A stretch of 64,000 bases of DNA from NCBI RefSeq assembly GCF_964204645.1, contig NC_134033.1:4674231-4738230 (forward strand), written 5' to 3'. The stretch is from Tubulanus polymorphus. Lineage: Eukaryota > Animalia > Nemertea. The position numbers were made by a program, and so were the translations under genes. Positions 61,255-64,000 of this stretch are shown here, one piece after another. Within the stretch, counting starts at the first letter, position 1. Every line of letters begins with the position of its first letter. The notes under the pieces are model-generated. The model worked only from the letters and a program-made list of their open reading frames with translations, did no database searches and was not told the DNA's origin.

Positions 61255-63758
61255 GGAAGGTAATTTCTATTCACTCGATTTCTTATTAAAACCATCGGAA
61301 CAGTGGAAATCGGATATGTCGTAGTAGATGTGACGATAATTATGTTTATAACTAGTCGACATGACGTTGTTTGATTTTCATTTCATTTATTGTTCATGAA
61401 GCTAATTTTGACCGTTATAAAGCGACCAGTTAATGCGCGCAGTCGAACTCATTCAAGTTTCATTCAACTGGATTCCATTGGTTCACTTTGAAAGGCACAG
61501 ATTGAGGACGGGTCAATTTGTACCAAATTACCCGTAACGTTCTTAGCGTTCAAAAACGACGATCGTAAAGTTTCTGAGTCTTTGAGCTGTGAACAAAAAA
61601 TCAGAAAAACTCGAGTTCAATTACGTCACGTACGTGAATAATTCATTGAGAGTCCACGTATAAACAACCCACCTTTTGCTATGATTTCTAAGAACTAAAT
61701 CATTTATAATTTTCAACAACTCTTTCTCCACGATTTCGGGAACGTGGGTGCGCCCTCAGACTTGGTAAAGTAAATTAAGCGCTCATGGCGTTCGATTCGA
61801 TCGACAACCAAAATTCTCTAAAAAGACTTCATAAAACGAGATGATTACGTGCCATTTGTCTATTGAACAACGTAAACGCCTTGACTTCATAAACAGCCTG
61901 TAAATCAACTATCCACCAATACATTCCGGGTTTGGCCGCGGTGTGGGTACAGCTACCAGCTCCGTGCTTAGTGTTAGTACTACCGTTGACAGCTTTTCAC
62001 GCATTTTCTCCTATGAAGCTTCGGTATACCGGTTTGTTCAAAGCGACGTTCCACAAGACTTCGAATATATAATATACAATATACGAGTACGAAAATATCA
62101 GGATCTAGTTTTAGGAAAATCGGAAAGCGGGGTCTGAGCGGGCTTTCGTCGTCTGATAAAAGGAGCCTCGGCGTGGGCTACAATATCGGGGCGCTAGGTA
62201 TTTTTGAAGTAATCCGCCAGAAAAGATACGATTTCAAATGATGAGCGTAAAATTGTTAATTTTTAGCAATCTGCAACAGTCCTGGCAAAAAGGGCAAACT
62301 CGACTGGAAGGCAGGGGTCCCATGAGATTAACCCCTAAATCTAGCCCTGCATACCGACGATGATCATTGTATCGTCACGAACCGATATGCGTGTATTTCA
62401 TCGATAGAAAAACACTGAAAATGTGTTTAGTTTGAAACGATTACAAGATTTTACAGAAGAATAATTTGAAGTAGAAAAATCGAGTTTTGAAAAACGTGTT
62501 TATTGATCATTTTGCGACCGTCGAATATCTTCCAGCAAAATATGAATAATGAATGTGTTGTGTTGAAAGTAATAATAATATTATGCTGAACTTACTGATA
62601 CCGCGAGCGATCACGATAACGATCACTAATACGATGGATGAGAGCGACTTGTTCCTCATTTTCCGACTTATAAACCCCACCTCACAACTTTAACAGAACT
62701 GAATGATGATTCACCACAATTTCTGGCTTGTTGTCGTCGAATATTTCACAAAACCGATAGAAGAAGAACCGATATCGCTACTGGAAACTGTTTTATTATT
62801 TATACAGTATTTGGTTACACATTCTCTACCCATTTCGACGAGAGTTTAACGTTCAACGCCGAAACCATGGCTGGTTCTGCAGTATCGATATTAGAAAATA
62901 TTTCAGCGACTTGCTGGCGACATTTTGTTGATTTTCTATTTTCATGTTTCATGTGTCTGCGCGTTTTGAGAGGCTTTAACGGTGATCGAGCATTAAATAA
63001 ATTCTCTGCTCTCGCGCAGCAAAACGATCCCGCAAAGGTTAGTAATGTTTTATTTTTGACGTTTCGCCTCGTATCCTAATAGACATCTTCAGGAATATTG
63101 AACGTCGGAATTAAATCATTAGCCGTGATAGTGCTCAACAATATTGAGGTGATATCAATTATTTTGAAGTAAAAATGTTTACAGAATTAATGAATTAGCA
63201 AGTAAATTAAAATTAGTAATGATATTAAATCAAGGACGGCTTTGAAACGATAGTTAGAAGCTTATAAAAGAAAGCAGCGATAGAAAAGATGACTTTGATG
63301 AAACCAGGATTTATCATTACAGATAAGGGAAGATTAACAGAGCAATTCTAAGTTCTAAAATAAATTCAGTATAATCTCACCAGTGTCTAATTATTGATAA
63401 TTGAAAAAAGATTCAAAATGGGAAAAGAATAAATTTTCTCAGAGGTAGAGCGAAGTCGGGTGGACGATAGTTTACAATCACGGGGTAGGAGATAATCAGA
63501 AGCCTCGAGAAATCTCGAAGGACCGCCACAAAATGGCGCTTAGAAACTGGAAACTTCTTTATTGGTTCCGCGGTCGGCGCAGTCTTTACTGTGGGTCGAC
63601 AAAATGTATTCATATTTTCAAATATCGTTTTATGTGTAATGTCTTATCCTAATGTTTGTAAAGTATAGTGATTATCCTTAACGCTGTGCTATAGAGGAAA
63701 TAAATGATAATTAATTATCATTATAATCATCACAGCATAGAGATTATCAGTATTATCA

Positions 63759-64000
63759 TCATTTTATTGGTTGTCGTTTTCTGCGTTTATTTCGAGCTCG
63801 TATTGATTTCATATCGATAGTTAGAATAGTGTACAGAAGCGGGTTCAGAGTTGAGTTTATCGGCAAGAAAAGAACGGCCAGCCAAGCGGCCACCTGGTTC
63901 GGTATCTCGACCGAAAATACGGCGCAAAGCTGAACGATTATTAACGGTAACCAGCAAAATAAATTACACAAATTGATGACTAAACTGCGTCGAGCTAGAA
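63759..64000 (-). CDS. GRL101-like receptor paralog, TM6-TM7 and C-terminus (the gene extends beyond the window)
   Basis: LARRSLVINLCNLFCWLPLII...LPINSTLNPLLYTILT, closely similar to 1435-1668. Confidence 0.85.
   Translation of the reverse strand, partial: LARRSLVINLCNLFCWLPLIIVQLCAVFSVEIPNQVAAWLAVLFLPINSTLNPLLYTILTIDMKSIRARNKRRKRQPIK

Noticed and set aside
62520-63620. Possible decayed LRR/transmembrane gene on the minus strand
   Set aside because: Only scattered LRR-like and hydrophobic patches among many stops; no family can be supported.

Overview
This is AT-rich eukaryotic DNA, most likely from a spiralian invertebrate (inferred from the gene families present). It is a dense cluster of mostly intronless GPCR genes in active birth-and-death. 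There are nine near-full-length peptide-receptor-like class A GPCR copies (four apparently intact, five disrupted) plus two short fragments, three GRL101-type LDLa-LRR-7TM pieces, and one two-exon secretin/methuselah-like receptor. Small PAN- and CUB-domain coding segments are also present. The genes sit among many mobile elements: two Polinton/Maverick relics (pPolB end with a TIR-like region; integrase with an adjacent TBP-like gene), a Gmr1-like Gypsy relic, a BEL/Pao relic, a 5'-intact LINE, a tRNA-derived SINE and several MITEs. The most striking feature is a complete, very young 2.63-kb LTR element (34513-37143). It has identical 401-bp LTRs with non-canonical TT...AA ends, a tRNA-Ala-type PBS, a PPT and a GAAT target-site duplication. 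It carries no pol gene, only one 450-aa ORF: zinc knuckles, a coiled coil and a candidate Atg8/ubiquitin-like domain. All family assignments come from motif recognition by eye; no searches were run.
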